Positions 52,707-63,382 of a stretch of 64,000 nt of DNA are shown here, one piece after another (position 1 is the first letter of the stretch; every line of letters starts with the position of its first letter). Under the pieces are notes generated by a model, which was not told the DNA's origin, did no database searches, and saw only the letters and a list, made by a program, of their open reading frames with translations. Position numbers and translations under genes: made by a program. This stretch comes from an uncultured Actinomycetota bacterium (GTDB lineage: Bacteria > Actinomycetota > Actinomycetes > Actinomycetales > Microbacteriaceae): assembly GCA_963781135.1 (NCBI GenBank), contig CAWADY010000013.1, forward strand, positions 75 to 64,074. Direction: 5' to 3'.

Positions 52707-53003
52707 CTAGCCGGGAACGATCGATGACAAGCCGAAGCCCAGACTGATGACGCCCATCGTCAGCAGCGCGCCCAGCCCGCTCGCCGCGACGCGCTCGGTG
52801 AACCCCTGGGAACGGCCGAACCAGAGCTGGATCGCGAACGCCAGCACGAGGCAGCCACCGAGACCGACGGTCAGCCATGCCGCCCGCCACGCCTGGGCCT
52901 CGGGCACGAACAGCCCGATCGAGATGCCGATCACGGCGGCGACCACCCAGACGGCGATCACGCCGCCGAACGTGCGACGGGGGGCGAGTTCCGGGGTGGT
53001 CAC
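52707..53003 (-). CDS. Small 3-TM membrane protein
   Basis: MTTPELAPRRTFGGVIAVW...; GACAAT 6 nt before GTG. Confidence 0.8.
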   Translation of the reverse strand: MTTPELAPRRTFGGVIAVWVVAAVIGISIGLFVPEAQAWRAAWLTVGLGGCLVLAFAIQLWFGRSQGFTERVAASGLGALLTMGVISLGFGLSSIVPG

Positions 53004-53154
53004 GAATCCATTGTCGCGCAACTCGCGGTCGGGCGCACCGTCGCCTTCGGCGGTCCTGAGCCATCCCTGATGACATCCGAATCGAATCGATCGCGTCCCA
53101 AGCCCTAAACTGGACCAAACGGCGCTTTCCTCCTGCGCCGAGAGGACGGCGTTT

Positions 53155-53853
53155 TTGGCACAGCTTCTCGTTCTGAGCTCCGCCCCTGGTGGCGGCCCGG
53201 TCCTGCCCTCGCTCGAGCTCCTCAGCCACCGGGTCCGGCAGATTCCCGCCGAGCCCGCGCAGCTCGTCAACGCGCCGAGCGCCGACATCATCTTCGTCGA
53301 CGCGCGTCTGGACCTGGTCGGCGCGAAGTCGCTGTGCAAGATCCTCAACACCACAGGGCTCGACGCCCCCCTTCTGCTCGTGGTCACCGAGGGTGGCCTG
53401 ACGGCCGTCTCGACCGACTGGGGCGTCGACGACGTGATCCTGGTCACGGCCGGTCCCGCCGAGGTCGATGCCCGCATCCGCCTGGCGATCGGCCGGATGA
53501 CCAAGGACGCGATCTCGACCCGCATCCAGACCTCGGGCATCACGATCGACGAGTCCTCGTACTCCGCGAAGGTGCACGGAAAGCCGCTCGACCTGACGTA
53601 CAAGGAGTTCCAGCTCCTGCACTTCTTCGCCACGCACCCCTCGCGCGTGTTCACCCGTGAGCAGCTGCTGAGCGAGGTGTGGGGCTACGACTACTTCGGC
53701 GGCACCCGCACCGTCGATGTCCACGTGCGGCGTCTGCGCGCGAAGCTCGGCGACCTCGAGCAGCTGATCGGCACCGTCCGCAACGTCGGCTACCGCTTCA
53801 ACGTGTACGAGGACGACCAGCTCCCCGCCCCCCGCGAGCGCACCGGAGCATAG
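53155..53853 (+). CDS. glnR: GlnR, orphan atypical OmpR-family nitrogen regulator
   Basis: [32 protein letters not shown] and [20 protein letters not shown]. Confidence 0.88.
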   Translation: MAQLLVLSSAPGGGPVLPSLELLSHRVRQIPAEPAQLVNAPSADIIFVDARLDLVGAKSLCKILNTTGLDAPLLLVVTEGGLTAVSTDWGVDDVILVTAGPAEVDARIRLAIGRMTKDAISTRIQTSGITIDESSYSAKVHGKPLDLTYKEFQLLHFFATHPSRVFTREQLLSEVWGYDYFGGTRTVDVHVRRLRAKLGDLEQLIGTVRNVGYRFNVYEDDQLPAPRERTGA

Positions 53854-53925
53854 CGCCGAAGCGCGCCGCGCACGCATCCCGCTTCTGTTCACACGCACGT
53901 CACCTCACCCTGCAATGATGAGGGG

Positions 53926-56091
53926 ATGATCGAACACGACGTGCTCGACGCGGGCCTCGGAGACGCGGATGACGACGACTTCGACCTGTCCGAGGTCTTC
54001 GACTCGCAGCTGCCCGACAACCGGTACCTCGACCGCGAACTGAGCTGGCTGGCGTTCAACCAGCGTGTGCTCGAGCTCGCCGAGGATGCCGCGCTCCCGG
54101 TGCTGGAGCGCGCCAACTTCCTGGCGATCTTCGCGAGCAATCTCGACGAGTTCTTCATGGTGCGCGTCGCGGGGCTGAAGCGCCGCATCATCACGGGGCT
54201 CGCCGTTCCCACGAACGTCGGCCGCTCGCCGCAGGAGGTGCTCGCCGACATCTCCGCCGATGCGCACGCTCTTCAACTGCGTCACGCGGACGCGTGGACG
54301 TCGCAGGTGCGCCCGGCGCTCGCGGATGCCGGCATCGAGGTCATCTCGTGGGACCAGCTCGAGGACGACGAGCGCACCCGCGTGTCGGAGTACTTCCAGG
54401 GCCAGGTGTTCCCGGTTCTGATGCCGCTCGCCGTCGACCCCGCGCACCCCTTCCCGTACATCTCGGGGCTGTCGCTGAACCTCGCGATCCGCATCCGCAA
54501 CGCGAAGACCGGGCGGCAGGAGTTCGCGAGGCTCAAGGTCCCGCCGATGCTGCCGCGCTTCGTGGACGTCTCCCGCCACGGCGACACCGTGCGGTACCTG
54601 CCGCTCGAGGAGCTCATCGCGAATCACCTCGAAGACCTGTTCCCCGGCATGGAGATCCTCGACCACCACGCGTTCCGCCTCACGCGCAACGAGGACGTCG
54701 TGATCGAGGAGGACGAGACCGAGAACCTCATCCAGGCACTCGAGGCGGAGCTCCTGCGGCGCCGGTTCGGCCCGCCGATCCGTCTCGAGGTCGGCGATGA
54801 CATGGACGACCTCACGCTCGACCTGCTGATCAGCGAGCTCGACATCACCGCGCAGGAGGTCTATCGCCTGCCCGGTTCGCTCGATCTGCGCGGCCTGTTC
54901 GACCTCGCCAAGATCGATCGGCCCGAGCTGCACTACCCCGCGCACGTTCCCACGACGGCGCTGGCCTTCCAGCCGCGCGAGCAGAACGGACGCTCCGACA
55001 TCTTCGCGGCGATCCGTCGGGCGGACGTGCTCGTCCACCACCCGTACGAGTCGTTCGCCACGAGCGTCCAGGCGTTCCTCGAGCAGGCGGCGAAAGACCC
55101 GCACGTGCTCGCGATCAAGCAGACGCTGTATCGCACCTCGGGCGACAGCCCCATCGTGCAGGCGCTCATCGACGCCGCCGAGTCGGGCAAGCAGGTGCTC
55201 GCGCTGGTCGAGGTGAAGGCCAGATTCGACGAGGCCGCGAACATCGTCTGGGCACGCAAGCTCGAGAAGGCCGGCGTGCACGTCGTGTACGGACTGGTCG
55301 GGCTCAAGACGCACTGCAAGCTCGCCCTCGTGATCCGCGAAGAGGACGGCCGGCTGCGCCACTACAGCCACGTCGGCACCGGCAACTACAACCCCAAGAC
55401 CAGCCGCATCTACGAGGACTTCGGCCTGTTCACCGTCGACGACCAGGTAGGGCGCGACCTCACTCGCCTCTTCAACGAGCTCTCCGGCTACGCGATCGAG
55501 AAGAAGTTCAAGCGACTGCTGGTGGCCCCGCTGCACCTGCGCAAGGGTCTCCTCCGGCTCATCGAGAAGGAGCGCCGTAACGCCCTCGACGGCAAGCCGT
55601 CCAGCATCCGCATCAAGGTCAACTCGATGGTCGACGAGCAGATCATCGATGCGCTCTATCGAGCCGGTCAGGCGGGGGTTCCCGTCGAGGTGTGGGTGCG
55701 CGGCATCTGCTCGCTCAAGCCGGGCGTTGCCGGGGTGAGCGAGAACATCAAGGTCCGCAGCATCCTCGGACGGTACCTGGAGCACTCGCGCATCTTCATG
55801 TTCCACAACGACGGCGACCCGCAGGTCTACATCGGCAGCGCCGACATGATGCACCGCAACCTCGACCGACGCGTCGAGGCGCTGGTCCGGGTGATCGCTC
55901 CGGCGCACCTGAAGGAGCTCACCGACCTGTTCGAACTGGCGATGAGCGACACGACGAGCTCGTGGTGGCTCGGATCAGAGGGCGACTGGACGCGACACAG
56001 CCTGGATGCCGACGGCAAACCGCTGGTCGACATCCAGGACCGGACCATGACGGGCGTGCAGCGCCGGCGTCGATCGCGGACGGCGCGATGA
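53926..56091 (+). CDS. ppk1: Polyphosphate kinase 1
   Basis: [29 protein letters not shown] and [15 protein letters not shown]. Confidence 0.97.
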   Translation: MIEHDVLDAGLGDADDDDFDLSEVFDSQLPDNRYLDRELSWLAFNQRVLELAEDAALPVLERANFLAIFASNLDEFFMVRVAGLKRRIITGLAVPTNVGRSPQEVLADISADAHALQLRHADAWTSQVRPALADAGIEVISWDQLEDDERTRVSEYFQGQVFPVLMPLAVDPAHPFPYISGLSLNLAIRIRNAKTGRQEFARLKVPPMLPRFVDVSRHGDTVRYLPLEELIANHLEDLFPGMEILDHHAFRLTRNEDVVIEEDETENLIQALEAELLRRRFGPPIRLEVGDDMDDLTLDLLISELDITAQEVYRLPGSLDLRGLFDLAKIDRPELHYPAHVPTTALAFQPREQNGRSDIFAAIRRADVLVHHPYESFATSVQAFLEQAAKDPHVLAIKQTLYRTSGDSPIVQALIDAAESGKQVLALVEVKARFDEAANIVWARKLEKAGVHVVYGLVGLKTHCKLALVIREEDGRLRHYSHVGTGNYNPKTSRIYEDFGLFTVDDQVGRDLTRLFNELSGYAIEKKFKRLLVAPLHLRKGLLRLIEKERRNALDGKPSSIRIKVNSMVDEQIIDALYRAGQAGVPVEVWVRGICSLKPGVAGVSENIKVRSILGRYLEHSRIFMFHNDGDPQVYIGSADMMHRNLDRRVEALVRVIAPAHLKELTDLFELAMSDTTSSWWLGSEGDWTRHSLDADGKPLVDIQDRTMTGVQRRRRSRTAR

Positions 56092-57026
56092 CCGAGACCG
56101 CCGTCTATGCGGCGGGCGGTGTGCTGTGGCGCATCGTCGACGAGAAGCTCCTCGTGCTGCTCATCCACCGAACGCGGTACCGCGACGTCACGCTGCCCAA
56201 GGGCAAGGTGGACCCCGGCGAGATGCTCGCCGAGACGGCCAGCCGCGAGATCTTCGAAGAGACCGGCATCCGGGTGAGCCTGGGCGTGCCGGTGGGTGTC
56301 TCGCGCTATCACATGCCCAACAAGCGGCAGAAGATCGTGCACTACTGGGCCGCCGAGGCGACGGATGCCGCCATCCGGGCGTCGGCCTTCGTCCCGAACA
56401 AGGAGATCGCGGCCCTGGAATGGGTCGCGCTCAAGAAGGCGTTCGGCCGGCTGAGCTACCCGGTGGACGTCGAGATCCTCGAGCACTTCGCCAAGCTCGT
56501 CGACGAAGGCGTGCTGCGCACCTTCCCGATCATCGCGCTGCGCCACGCGAAAGCGCTGCCGCGCGAGGAGTGGGACGGCAAGGACGCCTCCCGTCCCCTC
56601 GCCCCCCGGGGCAAGAAGCAGGCGAACTCGATCGTGGGTCCGCTCCTCGCGTTCGGTGCGCGCAAGATCATCTCCAGCCCCGCCACACGCTGTGTCAAGA
56701 CCGTCGCCCCTCTGTCGGCGGCACTCGGCCGCAAGATCGACAAGACCGCGCTGATCAGTCAGGACGCGTGGGAGGACGGCAAGTCGGATGCCCGCACGAT
56801 CGTCGGCGAGCGCGTGCGGACGCGCAAACCTGCCGTCCTGTGCACCCACGGCCCGGTGCTCCCCGAGATCCTGACCGAGATCGCCCTGGCGACCGGCACG
56901 CTCCGAGGGTCATACCTGGGCAGCGCTTCGGCGCTCGAAGCGGGCGCTTTCTCGGTGGTGCACCTCTCGATCGACAACCCCGGTTCCGGGATCGTCGCGA
57001 TCGAAACACACGCTCCGAAGATCTGA
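56088..57026 (+). CDS. mutT1: NUDIX hydrolase with C-terminal histidine-phosphatase domain (MutT1-like)
   Basis: [22 protein letters not shown] and LRHAKA; ATGA overlap with ppk1. Confidence 0.85.
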   Translation: MTETAVYAAGGVLWRIVDEKLLVLLIHRTRYRDVTLPKGKVDPGEMLAETASREIFEETGIRVSLGVPVGVSRYHMPNKRQKIVHYWAAEATDAAIRASAFVPNKEIAALEWVALKKAFGRLSYPVDVEILEHFAKLVDEGVLRTFPIIALRHAKALPREEWDGKDASRPLAPRGKKQANSIVGPLLAFGARKIISSPATRCVKTVAPLSAALGRKIDKTALISQDAWEDGKSDARTIVGERVRTRKPAVLCTHGPVLPEILTEIALATGTLRGSYLGSASALEAGAFSVVHLSIDNPGSGIVAIETHAPKI

Positions 57027-57060
57027 CGCGATCCGGCTGAACAGAGGCGGGTGACCTTGC

Positions 57061-57082
57061 GCCGTTCACCTGCCGTTCACCA
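57061..57082 (+). promoter_or_regulatory. PHO box upstream of pstS
   Basis: GCCGTTCACCT-GCCGTTCACCA: two GTTCACC units at 11-bp spacing. Confidence 0.85.
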
Positions 57083-57171
57083 TTCGAGCCCAACTGCTTA
57101 AGAGTCGCTGTCTACGTTTCAGAACGAGTCCTGCACCGGACTCGTACCCTGACCCGTGAAGGATTCACACA

Positions 57172-58275
57172 GTGAAGATCTCCCGCATCGCCCAGCTGGG
57201 CGCTGTCGCCGCAATCGCGGCTCTCACACTCTCCGCCTGCGCCTCCAACGAGGGCACCGGCGGCGAGTCCAGCGCCACCTCGGAGGGCCCCACTCTCTCG
57301 GGTGAGCTCGCCGGCATCGGCTCGTCCGCTCAGGAGGTCGGCGTCCAGGCGTGGGCCGCCGGGTTCCAGACCGCCAACCCCGACGTCACCGTCACCTACG
57401 ACCCCGCCGGCTCCGGCGCGGGACGCGAGTCGTTCCAGGCTGGCGCCGTGGGCTACGCCGGCTCCGACCGCGCGTTCACGGCCGAGGAGATCGCCGAAGG
57501 GCCGTTCGACGGCTGCGTCGAAGGCACCGGCATCCTCCAGCTCCCCGCCTACATCTCCCCGATCGCGGTGATCTTCAACATCGAGGGCGTCGACTCCCTG
57601 AACATGGATGCCGCCACCATCGCGGGCCTGTTCGCGGGCACGATCACGAACTGGAACGACCCCGCGATCGCCGCTCTCAACGAGGACGTCACCCTGCCCG
57701 ACCTGGCGGTCACGCCGGTGCACCGCGCCGACGACTCGGGCACGACCGAGAACTTCACCGACTACCTCGCGCAGGCCGCCCCCGAGGTGTGGACCTACGA
57801 GGCCGACGGCGAATGGCCGCTGCAGTCCGGTGAGGCCGCACAGGGCACCTCCGGTGTCGTCGCCGCCGTCGAGGGCGGCCAGGGCACGATCGGCTACGCC
57901 GACGCGTCGCGCGCCGAGGGCTTCGGCACAGTCGCAGTGCAGATCGGCGACGAGTTCGTGACGTTCTCTCCCGAGGCCGCTGCGGCGATCGTCGACGCCT
58001 CCCCGCTCGAAGAAGGCCGCACCGAGGGTGACCTCGCCGTCGCTCTGGACCGCACGCCCGACGAAGCCGCGTACCCGATCGTCCTCGTTGCCTACAGCAT
58101 CGCGTGCGAAGAGTACGTCAACGCCGAGCTCGCGCCGCTCGTCAAGGGCTTCCTGAACTACGCGATCAGCGCCGAGGGCCAGGAGGCATCGGCCGCTGCA
58201 GCAGGCAGCGCGCCGATCTCCGACACCCAGCGCGAGGCCATGCAGGCCGCCGTGGACCTGATCGTCGTCCCGTAG
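57172..58275 (+). CDS. pstS: Phosphate ABC transporter substrate-binding lipoprotein
   Basis: Lipobox LSAC, GSGAG, AGSD and HRADDSGTT. Confidence 0.95.
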   Translation: MKISRIAQLGAVAAIAALTLSACASNEGTGGESSATSEGPTLSGELAGIGSSAQEVGVQAWAAGFQTANPDVTVTYDPAGSGAGRESFQAGAVGYAGSDRAFTAEEIAEGPFDGCVEGTGILQLPAYISPIAVIFNIEGVDSLNMDAATIAGLFAGTITNWNDPAIAALNEDVTLPDLAVTPVHRADDSGTTENFTDYLAQAAPEVWTYEADGEWPLQSGEAAQGTSGVVAAVEGGQGTIGYADASRAEGFGTVAVQIGDEFVTFSPEAAAAIVDASPLEEGRTEGDLAVALDRTPDEAAYPIVLVAYSIACEEYVNAELAPLVKGFLNYAISAEGQEASAAAAGSAPISDTQREAMQAAVDLIVVP

Positions 58276-58280
58276 TACCC

Positions 58281-58314
58281 GTGCCCGGCCCGCAGGCGAC
58301 TGCGGGCCGGGCAC
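58281..58314 (+). terminator. Hairpin between pstS and pstC (attenuating or mRNA-stabilising)
   Basis: GTGCCCGGCCCGCAG-GCGA-CTGCGGGCCGGGCAC. Confidence 0.7.
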
Positions 58315-58350
58315 TCACTGCACTACTCGCTCTACCCGAGACAGGATGAG

Positions 58351-59292
58351 ATGACCACCACCGCTCCCCCGACCGTCAAGGTCAAGCAGCGGCCCGGCGA
58401 CCGCTGGTTCTCGGGCACCGCCCTGGCCGCGGGATCGATGATCCTCGTGACGCTCGCCGCGGTGGCGATCTTCCTGATCATCCAGTCGATCCCCGGCCTC
58501 AGCGCCACCAGTGAGGATGCCTCCATCCTCACCACCAACTTCTGGGACTACGTCTGGCCGCTCGCGTTCGGCACGATCTGGGCGTCGCTTCTCGCGCTCC
58601 TGATGGCCGTGCCCCTCTCCGTCGCCGTCGCTCTGTTCATCTCGCACTACGCTCCACGCCGTCTCGCGCAGAGCCTGGGTTATGTCGTCGATCTGCTGGC
58701 CGCCGTCCCGTCGGTCGTCTTCGGCCTCTGGGGAATCATGGTGCTCGCGCCGGCGGTGCAGCCTGTCTATGCCTGGTTCACCGAGAACATGGGCTGGTTC
58801 CCGCTCTTCTCCGGGGAGGTGTCCGCCACCGGTCGGACGATCTTCACCGCAGCCATCGTGCTCGCCGTCATGGTCGTGCCGATCATCACCGCGATCTGCC
58901 GCGAGATCTTCCTGCAGACGCCCGTGCTGCACGAAGAGGCCGCGCTCGCGCTGGGAGCGACACGCTGGGAGATGATCACGATGGCGGTGTTCCCCTTCGG
59001 TCGCAGCGGCATCGTCTCCGCGGCGATGCTCGGTCTCGGCCGCGCCCTCGGCGAGACGATGGCCGTCGCGCTCGTGCTGTCGGCGAGCGGTGTGATCACT
59101 TTCCAGCTGTTCACCTCGACGAACCCCAGCACGATCCCGGCGAACATCGCGCTGACGTTCCCCGAGGCCTACGGCACGAACATCAACGTGCTGATCGCCA
59201 CGGGCCTCATCCTCTTCATCGTCACGTTCGCCGTCAACGCGCTGGCCCGCTGGATCGTCAGCCGCCGCAAGGAATTCTCGGGAGCCAACTGA
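58351..59292 (+). CDS. pstC: Phosphate ABC transporter permease PstC
   Basis: LAAVPSVVFGLWG, EEAALALGAT and GRALGETMA. Confidence 0.96.
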   Translation: MTTTAPPTVKVKQRPGDRWFSGTALAAGSMILVTLAAVAIFLIIQSIPGLSATSEDASILTTNFWDYVWPLAFGTIWASLLALLMAVPLSVAVALFISHYAPRRLAQSLGYVVDLLAAVPSVVFGLWGIMVLAPAVQPVYAWFTENMGWFPLFSGEVSATGRTIFTAAIVLAVMVVPIITAICREIFLQTPVLHEEAALALGATRWEMITMAVFPFGRSGIVSAAMLGLGRALGETMAVALVLSASGVITFQLFTSTNPSTIPANIALTFPEAYGTNINVLIATGLILFIVTFAVNALARWIVSRRKEFSGAN

Positions 59293-59293
59293 C

Positions 59294-60397
59294 ATGACAA
59301 TCACCGCAGCTCCCCCGAGCACCTCACCACCGTCGGTTTCCCCGGCGCTGAGGATCACGAACGGCCGCCTTCCCAAGTGGGCGCCCTGGGCGATCCTGGT
59401 CGGCAGTCTCGCCGTCAGCCTGGTCTTCTTCGGCGTCATGGCCGCGGCCTCCGGCTCGGAGCTGAGCTTGGCCGGTATCGGAATCGTCACGGTCCTGACC
59501 TATCTGGTGCTCATCACGGTGATCTCCAGCGTCGTCGAGGGGCGCCGCAAGGGCGTCGACCGCCTCGTCACCGGGGTCGTCGCGTCCGCGTTCCTCTTGG
59601 CGATGGTGCCCCTGATCTCTGTCGCGTGGACCGTCCTGGTCAACGGCATCGCCGGCCTCTCGGCCGAGTTCTTCACCTCATCGATGCGCAACGTCGTCGG
59701 CGAGGGCGGCGGCGCGCTGCACGCGATCGTCGGCACCCTGCTGATCACCCTGGCCGCCGCGGTGATCTCGATCCCGATCGGCCTGTTCACCGCGATCTAC
59801 CTGGTCGAATACGGCGCGGGCAAGCGTCTGGCTCAGGGCATCACCTTCCTCGTGGACGTGATGACCGGCATCCCGTCGATCGTCGCCGGCCTGTTCGCAT
59901 ACGCCCTGTTCGCGCTGTTCCTCGGCCCCGGCATCCGCATGGGCATCATGGGCTCGGTCGCACTCGCGGTCCTGATGATCCCCGTGGTCGTCCGCTCCAG
60001 CGAGGAGATGCTGCGACTGGTGCCGAACGAGCTGCGCGAGGCCGCATACGCGCTGGGCGTGCCGAAGTGGCTGACGATCGTGAAGGTGGTGCTTCCGACT
60101 TCGATTGCCGGCATCACGACGGGCATCATGCTGTCGATCTCACGAGTCATCGGAGAGACCGCCCCGCTGCTGTTGACCGCAGGCGTGACGGCATCCATGA
60201 ACTACAACCTGTTCGAGGGCCGCATGATGACCCTGCCGGTGTTCGCGTACTCGCAGTATATGAATCAAGGCATACCTGCGCAGGCCTACATCGACCGTGC
60301 GTGGGCGGCGGCGTTCGTTCTGATCGTCATCGTGATGGTCCTGAACTTGGTGGCACGCCTGGTCGCCAAGATCTTCGCCCCCAAACTCGCGCGCTGA
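59294..60397 (+). CDS. pstA: Phosphate ABC transporter permease PstA
   Basis: [19 protein letters not shown] and RVIGETAPL. Confidence 0.96.
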   Translation: MTITAAPPSTSPPSVSPALRITNGRLPKWAPWAILVGSLAVSLVFFGVMAAASGSELSLAGIGIVTVLTYLVLITVISSVVEGRRKGVDRLVTGVVASAFLLAMVPLISVAWTVLVNGIAGLSAEFFTSSMRNVVGEGGGALHAIVGTLLITLAAAVISIPIGLFTAIYLVEYGAGKRLAQGITFLVDVMTGIPSIVAGLFAYALFALFLGPGIRMGIMGSVALAVLMIPVVVRSSEEMLRLVPNELREAAYALGVPKWLTIVKVVLPTSIAGITTGIMLSISRVIGETAPLLLTAGVTASMNYNLFEGRMMTLPVFAYSQYMNQGIPAQAYIDRAWAAAFVLIVIVMVLNLVARLVAKIFAPKLAR

Positions 60398-60435
60398 CTC
60401 AGCGGCAACCCGAATCCGAATCTCAGAGGAACGCA

Positions 60436-61215
60436 GTGTCGAAGAGCATCGAAGTCAAAGATCTGAACGTCTACTACGACGAATTCCTGGCCGTCGAGGG
60501 CGTATCGCTCTCGATCGAGCCGCGCACGGTGACCGCCTTCATCGGCCCGTCCGGCTGCGGCAAGTCGACGTTCCTGCGCACGCTCAACCGCATGCACGAG
60601 GTCATCCCGAAGGCGCGCGTCGAGGGCGAGGTCCTCCTGGACGGCGACAACCTGTACGGATCCACTGTGGATCCCGTGCTCGTGCGCCGTCAGGTGGGCA
60701 TGGTGTTCCAGCGGCCGAACCCCTTCCCGACGATGTCGATCCGGGAGAACGTGCTGGCCGGCGTCAAACTCAACAACAAGCGCATCTCGAGGTCGGACTC
60801 CGATGCCCTCGTCGAGAGGTCGCTCACCGGAGCGAACCTCTGGAATGAGGTCAAGGACCGCCTGGACAGGCCGGGCTCGGGCCTGTCCGGCGGACAGCAG
60901 CAGCGCCTCTGCATCGCCCGGGCGATCGCGGTCTCGCCGCAGGTCCTGCTGATGGACGAGCCGTGCTCGGCCCTCGACCCGATCTCGACCTATGCGATCG
61001 AGGAGCTGATCGGCGAGCTGAAGAACGAGTACACGATCGTGATCGTGACGCACAACATGCAGCAGGCGTCGCGCGTCTCCGACCGCACCGCGTTCTTCAA
61101 CATCGCGGGCACCGGCAAGCCCGGCAAGCTCATCGAGTACGACGACACGCGGTCGATCTTCACGACCCCGACCGTGCAGGCCACCGAGGACTACGTCTCA
61201 GGTCGCTTCGGGTAG
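60436..61215 (+). CDS. pstB: Phosphate ABC transporter ATPase PstB
   Basis: [33 protein letters not shown] and THNMQQA. Confidence 0.97.
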   Translation: MSKSIEVKDLNVYYDEFLAVEGVSLSIEPRTVTAFIGPSGCGKSTFLRTLNRMHEVIPKARVEGEVLLDGDNLYGSTVDPVLVRRQVGMVFQRPNPFPTMSIRENVLAGVKLNNKRISRSDSDALVERSLTGANLWNEVKDRLDRPGSGLSGGQQQRLCIARAIAVSPQVLLMDEPCSALDPISTYAIEELIGELKNEYTIVIVTHNMQQASRVSDRTAFFNIAGTGKPGKLIEYDDTRSIFTTPTVQATEDYVSGRFG

Positions 61216-61782
61216 TACCCGCACAACCGCGTGATCCGCGGTCACCGCGGCGAACAGCGTCTCGATGAGGGCGCGCGGCTCGGCTTCACCACCCGGATCC
61301 CATCCGCCCGCCACCAGCTGCTGATAGCCGACGACCGCGGCGACCACGATCACCGCGCGTCGCCGCGCGTCGGCCGGCTCGATGCCCACAGCCTCGAGCA
61401 GCCGAGCCGTGTACGACACGCGACGTTCGGTCGCACGCGCGACGACGTCGGTGATGCCGAGCGCCGCCGCTTCGGCGAAGAGCGTGCGCTCACCGCTGCG
61501 CTCAGTGGTGCGGTGGGCGATCACCTCGAGCAGCTTCGCGAGTCGCTCGGCAGGGTCTTCCACCCGCTCGACGAGATCGATGAGGCGCTCGGTCTCGAGC
61601 TCTTCCCAGCGCGTGAGCACGTCGTCGATCAGAGCGCCGCGGTCGGTGAAGTGCCAGTAGAAGGAGCCCTTCGTGGCGCCCAGATCTCTTGCGACCGCCT
61701 CGACACTGACGGCGCCGATTCCGCCATCGCTGAATCGCGCATACGCAGCGTCGACCCAGTCCTCACGCGCAAGCCTTGCCAT
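61198..61782 (-). CDS. TetR family regulator
   Basis: REDWVDAA...[19 protein letters not shown]; leaderless TACCGT-N6-ATG. Confidence 0.9.
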   Translation of the reverse strand: MARLAREDWVDAAYARFSDGGIGAVSVEAVARDLGATKGSFYWHFTDRGALIDDVLTRWEELETERLIDLVERVEDPAERLAKLLEVIAHRTTERSGERTLFAEAAALGITDVVARATERRVSYTARLLEAVGIEPADARRRAVIVVAAVVGYQQLVAGGWDPGGEAEPRALIETLFAAVTADHAVVRVLPEAT

Positions 61783-61785
61783 GAA

Positions 61786-61833
61786 CATACGGTAGCGTAT
61801 AGTCTCTGTTCCATCACCGTACGGTGGCGTATG
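61786..61833. promoter_or_regulatory. Two TetR-type operators
   Basis: CATACG-GTAG-CGTATA (61786-61801) and CGTACG-GTGG-CGTATG (61818-61833). Confidence 0.7.
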
Positions 61834-61858
61834 TCACCGAACAATCGGAGGAACGACG

Positions 61859-62322
61859 ATGAGGCAGCCCGTGTTCTGGTCACTCGCCCTGGCTGAGATC
61901 ACCGATCCCGACTACACGCACATCGCGGTGGACGTGCTGCCTGCCCACGCGACCGCTGACCCGTCGGCGTGGGCGCGCCACCTCTTCTCACTGAAGTCTC
62001 TCCCCCGTACGCTCGGTGGGCGCTGAAGGCGCGGCTCCTCCTGAATGCCCGCCTCGGTCCACCGCGCTGGTGCGAGGCGTTCCAGGTCGGTCAGGTCGCC
62101 GGCGACGAAGCACTCGTCGCGATGGACGGGCGGCTCCTCGACCTGCGGGTGGGCATCGGGGTGGACGAGGACGCAGCGCTGGTCCGAGTCGTCACCGCGG
62201 TGCGCTTCAAGGGCGCACACGTACAGCGCTGGTCGTGGCCGGTCCGCGCGGCGCTGCCCTTCGTGATGCGAGGGATGATCGGGCGCTCTCGACGCACGCT
62301 GTCCGGCGTGACGCGGGCATAG
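61859..62322 (+). CDS. DUF2867-like protein, apparent frameshift in C5 at 62002-62006
   Basis: RBS GGAGG; MRQPVFWSLALAEITDPDY...DPSAWARHLF joins ...LLDLRVGIG..VTAVRFK...MIGR after adding one C. Confidence 0.65.
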
Positions 62323-62328
62323 CGGCGG

Positions 62329-63213
62329 TCAGTCGCGCGGACTCAGCAGGTAGCCGTTCAGACGCGCCGTGAAGTCGGCGTCGACGGGAATCGGGATGCC
62401 GTCGATCTCGCTGATCGGCGCGGCCAGGCGCACCGAAGACACCAGCCAGGCGGCATCCGCTCGCACCAGTTCCGCGGTCGCGATCTCGCGATACGCGGTG
62501 GAGAGGCCCGCACCTTCGAACCACGTGAAAGCGCTCACCTGGGTCGTTCCCTGCAGGATGCCGCCGGTGGGGGCCGGCGTGACGTAGGTGTCGCCGAGGC
62601 GGAGGATGAGCGAGGCGGTCGGCGCCTCGAGCACGAAGCCGTCCGTCGTGACGAAGATGGCGTCGTCCGCGCCGCGCCTCTTCGCCTCGCGGATCGCGGC
62701 CATGTTCACCGCGTACGAGAGGGTCTTCGCGCCGAGGAGCAGCCAGGGTGCGCGGGCCGGAACGCCGCTGTCGTAACCGCGGTCGAGCGTGACGACTCGC
62801 ACGCCCTCGGTCCGCGGACGCGTGAAATCTGCAGCGGGGGCGGCGGTGACCCACGCGGTCGGCGCCGGCCCGTGCTCGACACCGCGGCTGAGGATGAGCT
62901 TGATGACGTTCTCGCCCGGCCCGCAGTGCTCGGCGGCGCGCGAGACGGCCTCGCGCCACTGGTCGAGGTTCGGGATCGGCAGATCGCAGATCTCGGCCGA
63001 GTGCACGAGCCGATCGAGGTGCGCCTGCACCTCTTGCGCATGGCCGTCGACGACCCCGACGGACTCGAAGATGCCGTCGCCGCGTTGGGTGCTCAACTCG
63101 CCGACGCTGAGGGCGGGAGCGGCGGGGTCGACGGCCGTGAACGTATCGGAGAAGTCGGTGCGAGGGTCATCGGATGCTGCCGGATCGATCATGAGGGCGA
63201 AGCGCCAAGCCAT
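62329..63213 (-). CDS. pabC: Class IV aminotransferase / aminodeoxychorismate lyase
   Basis: RGDGIFES, GAKTLSYAVNM, LEAPTAS, ILQGTT and SSVRL. Confidence 0.8.
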   Translation of the reverse strand: MAWRFALMIDPAASDDPRTDFSDTFTAVDPAAPALSVGELSTQRGDGIFESVGVVDGHAQEVQAHLDRLVHSAEICDLPIPNLDQWREAVSRAAEHCGPGENVIKLILSRGVEHGPAPTAWVTAAPAADFTRPRTEGVRVVTLDRGYDSGVPARAPWLLLGAKTLSYAVNMAAIREAKRRGADDAIFVTTDGFVLEAPTASLILRLGDTYVTPAPTGGILQGTTQVSAFTWFEGAGLSTAYREIATAELVRADAAWLVSSVRLAAPISEIDGIPIPVDADFTARLNGYLLSPRD

Positions 63214-63278
63214 GCACCGAGCCTACCGACGGCTGATCACGGGAATGCCCGCGCCGAGCCCTCGGTTACACTGGAACA

Positions 63279-63360
63279 GCCGGGCCGCAGTAACCCCGGG
63301 CTCCATCTTCTGCCGCTGCGAGCGGCTCCGCGCCGAGAGGCGTTCTGCGGCCCGGCACCA
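63279..63360 (+). ncRNA. Candidate unannotated structured small RNA (~82 nt)
   Basis: -10 TACACT 6 nt before a perfect 12-bp closing stem; two internal hairpins (one with a GAGA tetraloop); ends ACCA. Confidence 0.6.
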
Positions 63361-63382
63361 CTTTCCGCCCCTTGGTGCGGAC

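Noticed and set aside
61831-61896. 21-codon ORF starting inside the second TetR operator
   Set aside because: No RBS or conserved features; the RBS-preceded ATG at 61859 is the better start.
63279-63360. Canonical tRNA, SRP RNA or 6C RNA
   Set aside because: No D or T loop consensus or anticodon arm, no GGAA/AGCAG helix-8 motif and no paired C-rich loops; kept as an unassigned ncRNA candidate instead.
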